This document shows, one piece after another, positions 41,318 through 57,264 of a stretch of 64,000 nucleotides of DNA (positions are counted from its first letter, which is position 1; each line of letters opens with the position of its first letter). The notes under the pieces are model-generated. The model had not been told where the DNA came from. It made no database searches and was given only the letters and a program-made list of their open reading frames with translations. The stretch is from assembly GCA_964016885.1 (NCBI GenBank), contig OZ024742.1:227974001-228038000 (forward strand), in the 5' to 3' direction. The translations under genes were made by a program, and so were the position numbers. The DNA comes from Eledone cirrhosa. Taxonomy: Eukaryota.

Positions 41318-41744
41318 TATATATACATATATATATACATATATATATATATACACATATATATACATATATATACATATATATATATATACATACATAT
41401 ATATACATATATATACATATATATATATATACATACATATATACATACATATATACATATATATATACATACATACATACATATATACATACATATATAC
41501 ATATATATATACATACATATATACATATATATATACATACATATATACATATATATATACATACATATATACATATATATATACATACATATATACATAT
41601 ATATATACATACATATATACATATATATATACATACATATATACATATATATATACATACATATATACATATATATATACATACATATATATATACATAT
41701 ATACATACATATATACATATATACATATATATATATATACATAC

Positions 41745-41783
<39 letters not shown>

Positions 41784-41816
41784 CATATATATATACATAT
41801 ATATATATATACATAC

Positions 41817-41883
<67 letters not shown>

Positions 41884-42055
41884 CATATATACATATATAT
41901 ATACATACATATATACATATATATATATATACATATATATATACATATATATATATATATACATACATATATATATACATACATACATATATATATACAT
42001 ACATATATACATATATATATATATACATACATACATATATACATATATATATATA

Positions 42056-42087
<32 letters not shown>

Positions 42088-42172
42088 CATACATATATAC
42101 ATATATATATATACACATACATATATACATATATATATACATATATATATATATACATATATACATACATAT

Positions 42173-42762
42173 AGTGGCTGCCAACTCGCTCTCGAGTACG
42201 GCCACCACTTTATATCCATGCAGGAGAACTCCCACCGATGCGCCGAACGAGTGTGACATTTTAGTCCAGCCAGCTACTCGAAAACTCTGGTACAAACACT
42301 ACACCTGTGACAACTATTGACACATAGTGCTGGGCCCATGGTTCCATGTGACGACAAGTGCAGAGAGATCTCCAGATATAAAGCAATGCCTGTGCCGTGA
42401 AGCTTTTATAGTGAGCAAAGGCACTGCACAAAGCCAGTCCCACTCTCTTAACCAAGATGATATTTACCAAAAAGAAGAACAAGTCAACATCATTGGATAC
42501 CATCAGGGTTGCAGGTGTTATATCAGAGTTTTCCTTCTCCTAGAATTCTGCCTTTACAAAGGCTAAGGGGTCATCTCTCCCGGTGATTTTGGATGGCCAT
42601 TGACTCTTTGACAGGTTTTGTTTTTAGTCCTGCAGGATGTCCAAAGTCACCCTCCTCACCAAGAAACCTTGGTGGGGTTGCCAGTTTAGTCGCCAACGAC
42701 CCGACCATGAGACAGGTTGTACTGGGATACATGTTACCAGTAGCACCAACTGGTGACCTGAC
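42173..42762 (-). mobile_element. Unclassified 608-bp element, copy 3 (small internal deletion)
   Basis: Same termini as copies 1 and 4, inside (TA)n. Confidence 0.85.
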
Positions 42763-42968
42763 ATAATATATATATATATATATATATACATACATATATA
42801 TGTATATATACATATATACATACATATATATGTATATATACATATATACATACATATATATATATATATATACATACATATATATATATATACATATATA
42901 CATACATATATATATATATATACATATATACATACATATATATATATATTTACATATATACATACATA

Positions 42969-43002
<34 letters not shown>

Positions 43003-43078
43003 CATATATACATACATATATATATATATATACATATATACATACATATATATATATATTTACATATATACATACATA

Positions 43079-43112
<34 letters not shown>

Positions 43113-43192
43113 CATATATACATACATATATATATATATTTACATATATACATACATATATATATATATATATATACATATATACATACATA

Positions 43193-43225
<33 letters not shown>

Positions 43226-43280
43226 GTATATATACATATATACATACATATATATATATATATACATATATACATACATA

Positions 43281-43318
<38 letters not shown>

Positions 43319-43649
43319 CATATATACATACATATATATATATATATATACATATATACATACATATATATATATATATATACATATATACATACATATA
43401 TACATACATATATATATATACATATATACATACATATATATATATATACATATATACATACATATATACATACATATATATATATACATATATACATACA
43501 TATATATATATATACATATATACATACATATATACATACATATATATATATACATATATACATACATATATATATATATACATATATACATACATATATA
43601 TATATATACATACACATACATATATACATACATATATATATATATATAT

Positions 43650-44257
43650 GGTGGCTGCCAACTCGTTTTCGAGTACGGCCACTACTTTATATCCATGTAG
43701 GAGAACCCCTACTGATGCGCTGAACGAGTGTGACTTTTTAGTCCAGCCAGCGACTTGAAAACTCTGGTACAAACACTACACTTGTGACAATTATTGACAC
43801 ATAGTGCTTTGCCTTTGGTACCATGTGACGACAAGTGCAGAGAGATCTCCAGATATAAAGCAATGCCTGTGCCGTGAAGCTTTTATAGTGGGCAAAGGCA
43901 CTGCACAAAGCCAGTCCCACTCTCTTAACCAAGATGATATTTACCAAAAAGAAGAACAAGTCAACATCATTGGATACCATCAGGGTTGCAGGTGTTATAT
44001 CAGAGTTTTCCTTCTCCTAGAATTCTGCCTTGACAAAGGCTAAGGGGTCATCTCTCCCAGTGATTTTGGATGGCCATTGACTCTTAAGAGCTACTTTGCC
44101 CTTTGACAGGTTTTGTTTTTAGTCCTGCAGGATGTCCAAAGACACCCTCCTCACCAAGAAACCTTGGTGGGGTTGCCAGTTTAGTCGCCAACGACCCGAC
44201 CATGAGACAGGTTGTACTGGGATACATGTTACCAATAGCACCAAATGGTGACCTGAC
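43650..44257 (-). mobile_element. Unclassified 608-bp element, copy 4 (full length)
   Basis: TAT|GGTGGCTGCC...GGTGACCTGAC|ATA, inside (TA)n. Confidence 0.87.
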
Positions 44258-46124
<1,867 letters not shown>

Positions 46125-46127
<3 letters not shown>

Positions 46128-47607
46128 CAGCATCATCGTTAACTGTTATAAGGGTAAAGGAGACGCCCTAGATAGGAGTAACTATAGAGGCATTAAATTA
46201 ATCGACCAGGTCATGAAGGTCACGGAAAAAGTAATAGCGCAACTAATCAGAGAGAGAATTGACCTAGATGAAATGCAGTTCGGGTTTGTGTCAGGCAAAA
46301 GTACCACAGACGCTCTTTTCATAGTACGACAACTACAGGAGAAGTACCTAGCTAAAGGTAAACCCCTCTACTTAGCTTTTGTCGACTTGGAGAAAGCCTT
46401 CGACAGTGTCCCCCGCTCCATTATCTGGTGGGCTCTTAGAAAACTAGGCGTTGACGAATGGCTTGTGAGGGCTATACAAGCCATGTATAAAGAAACAGTT
46501 AGCAAGGTTAGAATTAACAACGAATATAGTGAAGAGTTTTGCGTAAAAGTTGGCGTCCATCAGGGCTCTGTTCTCAGCCCCCTACTATTTATTATTGCCC
46601 TTCAGGCTATAACAGAGGAGTTCAAGACAGGCTGCCCATGGGAACTCCTATACGCAGACGACCTGACACTCATAGCGGAATCAATGGCCGAGCTAGAGAA
46701 GAAATTCCAAACATGGAAGCACGGCCTAGAGTCAAAAGGACTTAAAATTAACCTGTCTAAGACCAAAGTACTAGTTTGTAGGAAAGAAAACAAGGCGGCG
46801 GTCCCTTCTGGGAAATGGTCGTGCTCGGTGTGTAGGAAAGGCGTAGGTAGAAACTCCATTTTATGTCCTAAATGCAAAGTATGGGTGCATAAAAGATGTA
46901 GTGGGATCACAGGTAAGCTAACTAAGAACATAGATTTTACATGTGGCCGGTGTTCTGGTGCAATAAGTAGCAGCAAGTGCCCACAAAATACTAGCTCTTT
47001 CAATTGCGCAGAGGGTTCTATAGAAATAGTGGACAGCTTCCGTTACCTGGGCGATAAAATCAGCAGTGGGGGAGGGTGCTCTGAAAGTACTGTAGCTAGA
47101 GTCAGAACTGGTTGGAAAAAGTTCAGAGAGCTTATACCACTATTAGCTGCTAAAGGGTTCTCCCTAAAAATGAAAGGCAGGTTGTACGATGCCTGCATAC
47201 GAACAGCAATGCTGCATGGCAGTGAGACCTGGGCATTGTGTGCAGAGGATATACGCAGACTAGAGAGGAACGAAGCTTGCATGCTCCGCTGGATGTGTAA
47301 CAGTAATATACGTGAACGGCAAAGCATAAACAAACTAAGGAAAAAATTAGAGATAAGAGGGATCAGATGTTGTTTACTCGAGAGAAGGCTACGTTGGTAT
47401 GGACACGTGATGCGCATGAAAGTCGATAGCTGTATAACAAAGTGCAGGGCAATAAAGATAGACGGTAGTCACGGAATAGGCAGACCTAGAAAAACCTGGG
47501 ACGAGCTGATAAACTCCGACATCACACACTTACACCTCTCCAAGACAATGTCACTGGACCGAGACCTTTGGCGGTACTCAGTAACAGAGAAGACCCGCCT
47601 TACCTAA
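46125..47607 (+). CDS. RTE family A ORF, 5'-truncated but uninterrupted (RT domains, PHD-like finger, C-terminal domain)
   Basis: [13 protein letters not shown]...NYRGIKL...QFGF...DLEKAFD...QGSVLSP...YADD...YLG...KTRLT*. There is no start codon, and the 3' UTR is replaced by satellite after ~47620. Confidence 0.88.
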
Positions 47608-48137
47608 ATATATAGTAAAATATACACAGATATATATATACACAGATATATATATATACACAGATATAAATATATAAATATATACATATATATATAAATA
47701 TATACATATATATATAAATATATACATATATATATAAATATATACATATATATATAAATATATACATATATAAATAAATATATACATATATATATAAATA
47801 TATACATATATATATAAATATATACATATATATATAAATATATACATATATATATAAATATATACATATATATATAAATATATACATACACATATATATA
47901 CATATATATATATAAATATATACATACACATATATATACATATATATACATATATATACATATATATATATACACATACATATATATACATATATATATA
48001 TACATATATACACATATATATATACATATATATACATATATATATATATATACATATATATAAATATATATATATATACATATATATATATACATATATA
48101 TACATATATATATATACATATATATACATATATATAC

Positions 48138-48178
<41 letters not shown>

Positions 48179-48183
48179 TATAC

Positions 48184-48224
<41 letters not shown>

Positions 48225-48583
48225 ATTCACAAGAATCAAAGCTATGTTCAAAGCATTTATTCATTTATAATTGTTTCATCCAAACCTAGGCTTGGTTCCT
48301 TCGGACCATTTTTCAATGTTTGGCACATGATTGACCTCCTTTCCAACGCAAGAGACATACAGATACATCTGTATATATTGATGTACAGTGGAATGACATA
48401 TATTATATTATATTTCTGTATAGCAATTCAAAATCAAAATCACATTAAAACAAAATCAAAGCAAAATTAAAATACAATATATATACATATATATATACAT
48501 AAATATATATACATATATATATATATAAATATATATATACATAAATATATATACATATATATATATATATAAATATATATATA

Positions 48584-48644
48584 TCCCACCCTTGCAAGCA
48601 GGGAAAAGCGGACGTAAAATGATGATGATGATGATGATGATGAT
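48584..48644 (+). mobile_element. RTE family C terminal 35 bp plus (GAT)n tail only
   Basis: Matches 50155-50215. Confidence 0.85.
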
Positions 48645-48756
48645 ACATATATATATACATAAATACATATATATATACATAAATATATATACATATATAC
48701 ATATATATACATATATATATAAATATATATACATATATACATATATATACATATAT

Positions 48757-48787
<31 letters not shown>

Positions 48788-48868
48788 CATATATATATAT
48801 ATACATATATATATATAAATATATATAGATATATATATATATACATATATATATATAAATATATATAG

Positions 48869-49049
<181 letters not shown>

Positions 49050-49060
49050 CATATATATAC

Positions 49061-49091
<31 letters not shown>

Positions 49092-49102
49092 CATATATAT
49101 AC

Positions 49103-49133
<31 letters not shown>

Positions 49134-49144
49134 CATATATATAC

Positions 49145-49175
<31 letters not shown>

Positions 49176-49176
49176 C

Positions 49177-49222
<46 letters not shown>

Positions 49223-49224
<2 letters not shown>

Positions 49225-50215
49225 GGCTCTTATGGCAGAATCAGTAGAGGAGCTAGAGAATAAATTCCGGCTATGGAAACAGCAGTTGGAAGCAAGAGGA
49301 CTGAGAGTAAATCTAGCTAAGACAAAAGTGTTGATGAGTAGAAAAGAGGACAAAACCCTGATTCCGTCAGGGAAATGGCCATGTTCGATATGCAGAAAAG
49401 GAACTGGCATAAATTCTATAAAATGCACACAATGTAGGTCCTGGGTACACAAGAGATGTAGCGGGATAGCAGGCAAACTAACAGGTAGGGAGAAATATGT
49501 ATGCAGTAGATGTACAGGGAAATTAGACAGTAGAAGTCGCACTGATAGACACATTTTTCAAATGCGAGAGGGCGCTATAGAAGTGGTGGATAGCTTCCGG
49601 TACCTAGGAGATCAGATTAGCATGGGAGGAGGGTGTTCCGAGGCCATAGTATCTAGAATAAGGACGGGTTGGAAGAAGTTTAGGGAGCTGCTTCCTCTGT
49701 TGACGAAGAAGGGTTTCTCCCTGCGTACGAAAGGCCGGTTGTATGATGCCTGTGTGAGGAGCGCGATGCTGCATGGTAGTGAGACATGGGCAGCTACCGC
49801 AGAAGATATGCGACGGCTGGAGAGAAATGAGGCAAGCATGCTCCGTTGGATGTGCAGTGTAAATGTGCGTGAACGACCCAGCATAAATGTGTTGAGAGAG
49901 AAACTGTGTCTGAGAGGGATAGAATGTAGTGTACGGGAGAGGAGACTGAGGTGGTATGGACATGTGATGCGCATGGAGGATGACCGATGGGTGAAGAAGT
50001 GCCAGGAAATGCCAGTTGAAGGAAGACGTAGTAGAGGTAGACCACGAAAAACATGGGCGGAGGTGGTGAGAACAGACCTCAGATCATTGAAGCTCACGGT
50101 GGAGATGACGAGGGACCGTGACGAGTGGAGAGATGCTGTGCTGAATAAGACCCGTCCCACCCTTGCAAGCAGGGAAAAGCGGACGTAAAATGATGATGAT
50201 GATGATGATGATGAT
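49223..50215 (+). mobile_element. RTE family C, 5'-truncated, open frame
   Basis: 321-aa frame ending [13 protein letters not shown], immediately followed by (GAT)n. Confidence 0.93.
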
Positions 50216-52111
50216 ACATATATATAAAACCCACATTGCTAAACTATTTTTTAAAGCTCTTGATAATCGCTTCCCTAGAACACATAGGTATCACTCAATT
50301 TTCAATAGACATACTATAAAACTAACCTACTCATCCACCAAAAATTTAGCGCAAAATATTAATAGAATAAATAACAGGAACTTAAAACCTAGCGGTAATA
50401 GCATAAATAATATCCAAGTTAACAAATGTAACTGTAGAGATAGATCTAAATGTCCGTTAAATAACAACTGCTTAGTTAAAAATATAATATACAACTGTAA
50501 TGTTAAAACGGACGTTAATTCTTTTAACTACGTTGGTTTTACATCGACGGAATTTAAACTTCGCTATAACAACCACAAGAATTCTTTCACAGATCCATCC
50601 AAAAAATCTTCAACAGCACTATCAGGCGACTCTGGCAACTTAGGCATGATAACGTTAGATATTCGACGACTTGGAATATAGTTTCAAGGGGGATTCCTTT
50701 TAATTCATCCTCTGAGACATGTGACCTCTGTGCGGAGGAGATATTCTTTATACTAAAATCTAAAAATTCCCTTAATCTACGGACAAATTTATTCAGTTGC
50801 TGCAGACATAGATTGAACTCAACATTTAAATATAAATTTAAATTTAAAATGTAGTTATGTTTGATTTGATTTGTAATTATTTATGAAACTAGCCGATAAA
50901 TGTTTCGATTTCTTCTTTTTATTAAAACATTCTTCATGAATAATTAAACTACCCTAAAAGCTGATGCTCCAAATATATAGAATTAAATTTTACACTAGAT
51001 AAACTTCTATATTAAATATAAGAACATATGTAGACCAAATGGGTATCCTAAACTTTTGGAATGATTTCTGCTAGACAGGATTTGGTAAACAATTTTTGTT
51101 TTATCTGTTTCGACTCTGATGCTTATGATGAACTTGGCAATATATTGTCAATTAACTTTGAAAGGCTGATCTCTGTGGCCGATTTGCGTGGCATACTATG
51201 TTTTATTTTTATTATTTTTTAATATTTTGTAATATTTTTTATTTTTAATATTAAATGTTTAGGTTTTCTGTTTATTTATTTATTTTCTTGTCTCTGATAT
51301 TTTTATTTTTATTTTTATTTTTATTAATATATTGAAATCTGTTCTCTATTTCTGCTTGATCGACAATCATGTAGAGTAAAGACAAGAATAGTATTGTTAA
51401 AATTAATATAGACTCTATATATATGTGTATATATACACACATATATGTATACTTGAATTTTTATAGCACAATGAGAATGTTTTCGTGTGAATTGGGAGTT
51501 TGTTTATAATTATGATATAAACATATGAATTTTTAAAAACTAGACATAAGATCATTACTTTTCACACATTATAGATACATGTCTCATTCATGAATACTGA
51601 TATTTACATTATAATGCCTGTTTTATACGAACTAATATTTTCTACAGGATGAAGCATAGCGTTTTTAAATTCTGCCTCGTTTATGTCTGGTTATTTTTCA
51701 TTTTCTCTTTTTCATTTTCTCTCTATATAACGGGTATTTTCTCTCTTAACTACATACATCTCTCTTTACATTAATACTAGAGCTAAATAAATAAATAAAT
51801 AAATAAATGTATCAACCGATACTCAACTTCCTAGTTTCTCTATCTATCTCTATCTATCTCTTTCTTTTTTCCTCTCTCTATATATATTTCTCTCTGTTTC
51901 TTTACATGAAGTTCTTCTCTTTATCTATCTTTCTATATCTCTCTATTTAGTCACATGCATTTCTTCTTTTTCTTTGTTTCTCTTTCTTTCTTTCTTTCTC
52001 TCTTTCTTTTTACAACTGTCCACAATATTTTTTACTGCCAAATCAACCTCCCAAATGCAAGGTGATTGAAAGGTATGTCCTATCTATTTATTTATAAGAC
52101 TGTTTATATTG

Positions 52112-52177
52112 TATTTTGTCTGAAGAAGGCATAACATATTGTTAATATGATATCCCTGAAATATATATAACGAAATA
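52112..52177 (+). ncRNA. Type I hammerhead ribozyme in pLTR 1
   Basis: TATTTTGT-CTGAAGA-AGG...CATATT(GTT)AATATG...CCT-GAAA-TATATA-TA-ACGAAATA. Stem I is 8 bp and the minimal stem III is palindromic. Confidence 0.8.
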
Positions 52178-52356
52178 AATATGGTTTTATAAATACAGTT
52201 TCCATTTATTTAATATCATAAATATACTCCAAATACTTGTTGAGTGCTTTTATATCAGTTATAAATATTTACTCGTTGTTAACCCAACAATTTAAATATA
52301 ACTTTCCATGTATCTTGCTCCAATACTGTTGAGCGCTTTATATTATAACTGAAAAA

Positions 52357-54570
52357 ATGGAATTCTCTAAGATTACTTCCTCTTTAAAAGACATACCTCT
52401 ACCTAGAAACAAAGACTTTATAAAACAATTAATAGATAAATCTGACTCTTTTATAAGGAGAATCAGGTGGCGAGCATTCCACTTTGATAAATCTAATATA
52501 AATGAAAATGTCTCGGACTTAAACAAAGTTTTCAAATCCAAAAGAAATCCACCCCCCAACAAACTTTTATCTGAATTTGAAAACGATATAATTTCTATCA
52601 TACAAGGAGTCAAATTCAAGAGAAACTTCAAAGGCTAGGAATATCTGAAAGGCATTAGGGATAATATTGAGAGCTTAGAGAAAACTGAGAAGATCTTGGT
52701 AAAATCTGACAAGACCAACGACCTCTATGGAGTGCAGAAAGACATGTATAATGGCCTCATACTAAAGGAACTGAGGAAAAAGTACAAGGTAGCAGATAAG
52801 GCCGAGCTAGAGAAAATGAATGTTGAGGCATCTTGTATAATGCACAAGTTGGAAATTGAGAACAGAACACAACCTTTCGTGCCCAGGAAACCGAAGATCA
52901 ATATGAAAGATCATAAGAGAAATTTTGAGAATGACTTGCCAGTCAGATTGATTGCACCATCAAAATCGGACCTGGGTAAACTAAGCAAAAACATTCTTGA
53001 CAGGGTGATACAGCAAATTAAAAACTTGAGTTGTTTACCTAACCTGAGCTTGTGGAAGGGAACTGGTGAGGTTGTTGAGTGGTTTAAGCAAATTAAATAT
53101 AACAATAATAATAAGTTTATTCAACTTGATATTGCTAACTATTATTCTTCCATTACCCCTAATCTACTAAATAAGGCACTAAATTACGCATTCAAACATA
53201 CAGACCTAACTAGCAATGAAATGCACATTATATTATCGGCTAGGAAAACATTGATAGAATTTAATGACCAACTATGGACCCGAGCAGATAGAGATAACAA
53301 TTTTGACATTACTATGGGATCATCCGACTCAGCTCAGGTAACTGACCTTGTGGGCTTATTTTTAATCAATTCGCTGCATAGGAAAATACCTGGTACTACC
53401 GGAGGTTTATATAGAGATGACATGCTTTTACTTATTGATAATAATAACTCTGAACTAAATAGAAAAAGAAAACAAATTACACAATTTTTTAATCACTTTA
53501 ATCTAAAAATAGAAATTGAGAATAACCATAGAATAGTCAACTTCCTAGATATAACATTAAATCTCAACACATGTCTTCACTATCCATTTCACAAGTTGAA
53601 TGAAAATTTAAACTATGTCAGCTTTAACTCTAACCACCCCAGATCTGTTAAAAATACTATAGTAAACTCTGTTCAATCACGTATCTCTAGAATCTCATCT
53701 AATAAAAAGATTTTCGACGAAAAAGCCCATTATTACAATGAAGCGTTAGCTAGAGCAGGATATAGTGATAAAATTATGTACATAGATAATGATAAACAAA
53801 TTAAACAAAATAACAACTATTTTAATTACGGCCACAACCTTAACAACTATAATAGAAAGCATTACAATAATTCCAAAAGCCATAAAAGAAATAGAACTAG
53901 GAATATAATATGGTTTGCCCCCCCATTCTCACTAAACATTAAAACCCACATTGCTAAACTATTTTTTAAAGCTCTTGATAATCGCTTCCCTAGAACACAT
54001 AGGTATCACTCAATTTTCAATAGACATACTATAAAACTAACCTACTCATCCACCAAAAATTTAGCGCAAAATATTAATAGAATAAATAACAGGAACTTAA
54101 AACCTAGCGGTAATAGCATAAATAATATCCAAGTTAACAAATGTAACTGTAGAGATAGATCTAAATGTCCGTTAAATAACAACTGCTTAGTTAAAAATAT
54201 AATATACAACTGTAATGTTAAAACGGATGTTAATTCTTTTAACTACGTTGGTTCTACATCGACGGAATTTAAACTTCGCTATAACAACCACAAGAATTCT
54301 TTCACAGATCCATCCAAAAAATCTTCAACAGCACTATCAGGCATACTCTGGCAACTTAGGCATGATAACGTTAGATATTCGACAACTTGGAATATAGTTT
54401 CAAGGGGGATTCCTTTTAATTCATCCTCTGAGACATGTGACCTCTGTGCGGAGGAGATATTCTTTATACTAAAATCTAAAAATTCCCTTAATCTACGGAC
54501 AAATTTATTCAGTTGCTGCAGACATAGATTGAACTCAACATTTAAATATAAATTTAAATTTAAAATGTAG
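52357..54570 (+). CDS. PLE RT + C-terminal GIY-YIG endonuclease (Nematis-like motifs) with one in-frame TAG at 52636-52638
   Basis: ORFs 52357-52638 and 52696-54570 share a frame. Motifs include KDHK, LDIANYY, MGSSDSAQ, LYRDD, FLD, IIWFAPPFS, CNCR..CPL...C, IIY...YVG, RYNNH and CDLC..E, ending in CCRH. Confidence 0.88.
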
Positions 54571-55820
54571 TTATGTTTGATTTGATTTGTAATTATTTAT
54601 GAAACTAGCCGATAAATCTTTCGATTTCTTCTTTTTATTAAAACATTCTTTTTATTAAAACATTCTTCATGAATAATTAAACTACCCTAAAAGCTGATGC
54701 TCCAAATATATCGAATTAAATTTTACACTAGATAAACTTCTATATTAAATATAAGAACATATGTAGACCAAATGGGTATCCTAAACTTTTGGAATGATTT
54801 CTGCTAGACAGGATTTGGTAAACAATTTTTGTTTTATCTGTTTCGACTCTGATGCTTATGATGAACTTGGCAATATATTGTCAATTAACTTTGAAAGGCT
54901 GATCTCCGTGGCCGATTTGCGTGGCATACTATGTTTTATTTTTATTATTTTTTAATATTTTGTAATATTTTTTATTTTTAATATTAAATGTTTAGGTTTT
55001 CTGTTTATTTATTTATTTTCTTGTCTCTGATATTTTTATTTTTATTTTTATTAATATATTGAAATCTGTTCTCTATTTCTGCTTGATCGACAATCATGTA
55101 GAGTAAAGACAAGAATAGTATTGTTAAAATTAATATAGACTCTATATATATGTGTATATATACACACATATATGTATACTTGAATTTTTATAGCACAATG
55201 AGAATGTTTTCGTGTGAATTGGGAGTTTGTTTATAATTATGATATAAACATATGAATTTTTAAAAACTAGACATAAGATCATTACTTTTCACACATTATA
55301 GATACATGTCTCATTCATGAATACTGATATTTACATTATAATGCCTGTTTTATACGAACTAATATTTTCTACAGGATGAAGCATAGCGTTTTTAAATTCT
55401 GCCTCGTTTATGTCTGGTTATTTTTCATTTTCTCTCTATATAACGGCTATTTTCTCTCTTAACTACATACACCTCTCTTTACATTAATACTAGAGCTAAA
55501 TAAATAAATAAATAAATGTATCAACCGATACTCAACTTCCTAGTTTCTCTATCTATCTCTATCTATCTCTTTCTTTTTTCCTCTCTCTATATATATTTCT
55601 CTCTGTTTCTTTACATGAAGTTCTTCTCTTTATCTATCTTTCTATATCTCTCTATTTAGTCACATGCATTTCTTCTTTTTCTTCGTTTCTCTTTCTTTCT
55701 TTCTTTCTCTCTTTCTTTTTACAACTGTCCACAATATTTTTTACTGCCAAATCAACCTCCCAAATGCAAGGTGATTGAAAGGTATGTCCTATCTATTTAT
55801 TTATAAGACTGTTTATATTG

Positions 55821-55886
55821 TATTTTGTCTGAAGAAGGCATAACATATTGTTAATATGATATCCCTGAAATATATATAACGAAATA
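55821..55886 (+). ncRNA. Type I hammerhead ribozyme in pLTR 2
   Basis: Identical to 52112-52177. Confidence 0.8.
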
Positions 55887-56216
55887 AATATGGTTTTATA
55901 AATATAGTTTCTATTTATTTAATATCATAAATATACTCCAAATACTTGTTGAGTGCTTTTATATCAGTTATAAATATTTACTCGTTGTTAACCCAACAAT
56001 TTAAATATAACTTTCCATGTATACATATATATATATATACATACATATATATACATATACATATATATATATAAATATATATATTCATATATATATAAAT
56101 ATATATATACATATATATATATAAATATATATATACATATATATATATAAATATATATATACATATATATATATAAATATATATATACATATATATATAT
56201 ATAAATATATATATAC

Positions 56217-56247
<31 letters not shown>

Positions 56248-56542
56248 GAAATATATATATACATATATATAAATATATATACATATATATAAATATATAT
56301 ACATATATATATAAATATATATACATATATAAATATATATATACATATATAAATATATATATACATATAAATATATATATACATATAAATATATATACAT
56401 ATATATATACATATATATATAAAAATATATATATACATGTAAATATATATACATATATATATATACATATATATATATATACATATATATATACATATAA
56501 ATATATATACATGCAAAAGTACCACAGACGCTCATGCAAAAG

Positions 56543-56574
<32 letters not shown>

Positions 56575-56731
56575 TATATATACATATAAATATATATATA
56601 CATATAAATATATATACATATATATACATGTATATATACATATATATATATAAATATATATATACATATAAATATATATACATATATATACATATATATA
56701 CATATATATATACATATAAATATATATACAT

Positions 56732-56898
56732 GCAAAAGTACCACAGACGCTCTTTTAATTGTACGACAACTACAGGAGAAGTACCTAGCTAAAGGTAAAC
56801 CCCTCTACTTAGCTTTTGTCGACTTGGAGAAAGCCTTCGACAGAGTCCCCCGCTCCATTATCTGGTGGGCTCTTAGAAAACTAGGCGTTGACGAATGG
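56732..56898 (+). mobile_element. Internal RTE family A fragment
   Basis: KSTTDALL...[10 protein letters not shown]...VDEW, truncated at both ends by TA tracts. Confidence 0.88.
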
Positions 56899-56908
56899 TA
56901 TATATATA

Positions 56909-56977
56909 CATTTAAAGTGTACGATAAACACGAAATGCAATGTAAACACATTTCGTGTTTATCGTACACTTTAAATG
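56909..56977. repeat. Perfect 29-bp-arm hairpin
   Basis: CATTTAAAGTGTACGATAAACACGAAATG, an 11-nt spacer, then its reverse complement. Confidence 0.9.
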
Positions 56978-57024
<47 letters not shown>

Positions 57025-57264
57025 ATATACATATACATATATACATATACATATATATACACACATATATATACATATACATATACATATATTTACACAT
57101 ATATATACATATACATATACATATATATATATACATATACATATACATATACATATATATATATACATATACATATATATATATACATATATATACACAT
57201 ATATATATACATATACATATATATACACATATATATACATATATATATATATATACGTATATAT

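Larger units (their letters stand above)
50225..56022 (+). mobile_element. Penelope-like element in partial tandem arrangement (~2.08-kb pLTRs at 50225-52313 and 53940-56022)
   Basis: Near-identical direct repeats flank an RT + GIY-YIG ORF, with a hammerhead in each repeat and TA-tract flanks. Confidence 0.92.

Noticed and set aside
42327-42566. 79-aa ORF recurring in copies of the 608-bp element
   Set aside because: It starts at a non-ATG codon, is frameshifted in copy 1 and has no recognisable motif. Its recurrence just reflects copy similarity.
48262-48315. Minus-strand hammerhead-like motif (CCGAAGG...hairpin...GAAACAATTATA)
   Set aside because: The core deviates from CUGANGA and stem I is not evident. 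It is too degenerate to call.
52636-52638. In-frame stop in the PLE ORF as selenocysteine or recoding (as in Naiad PLEs)
   Set aside because: The codon is TAG, not TGA, the endonuclease is C-terminal, and I recognised no SECIS. A point mutation is the simplest explanation.
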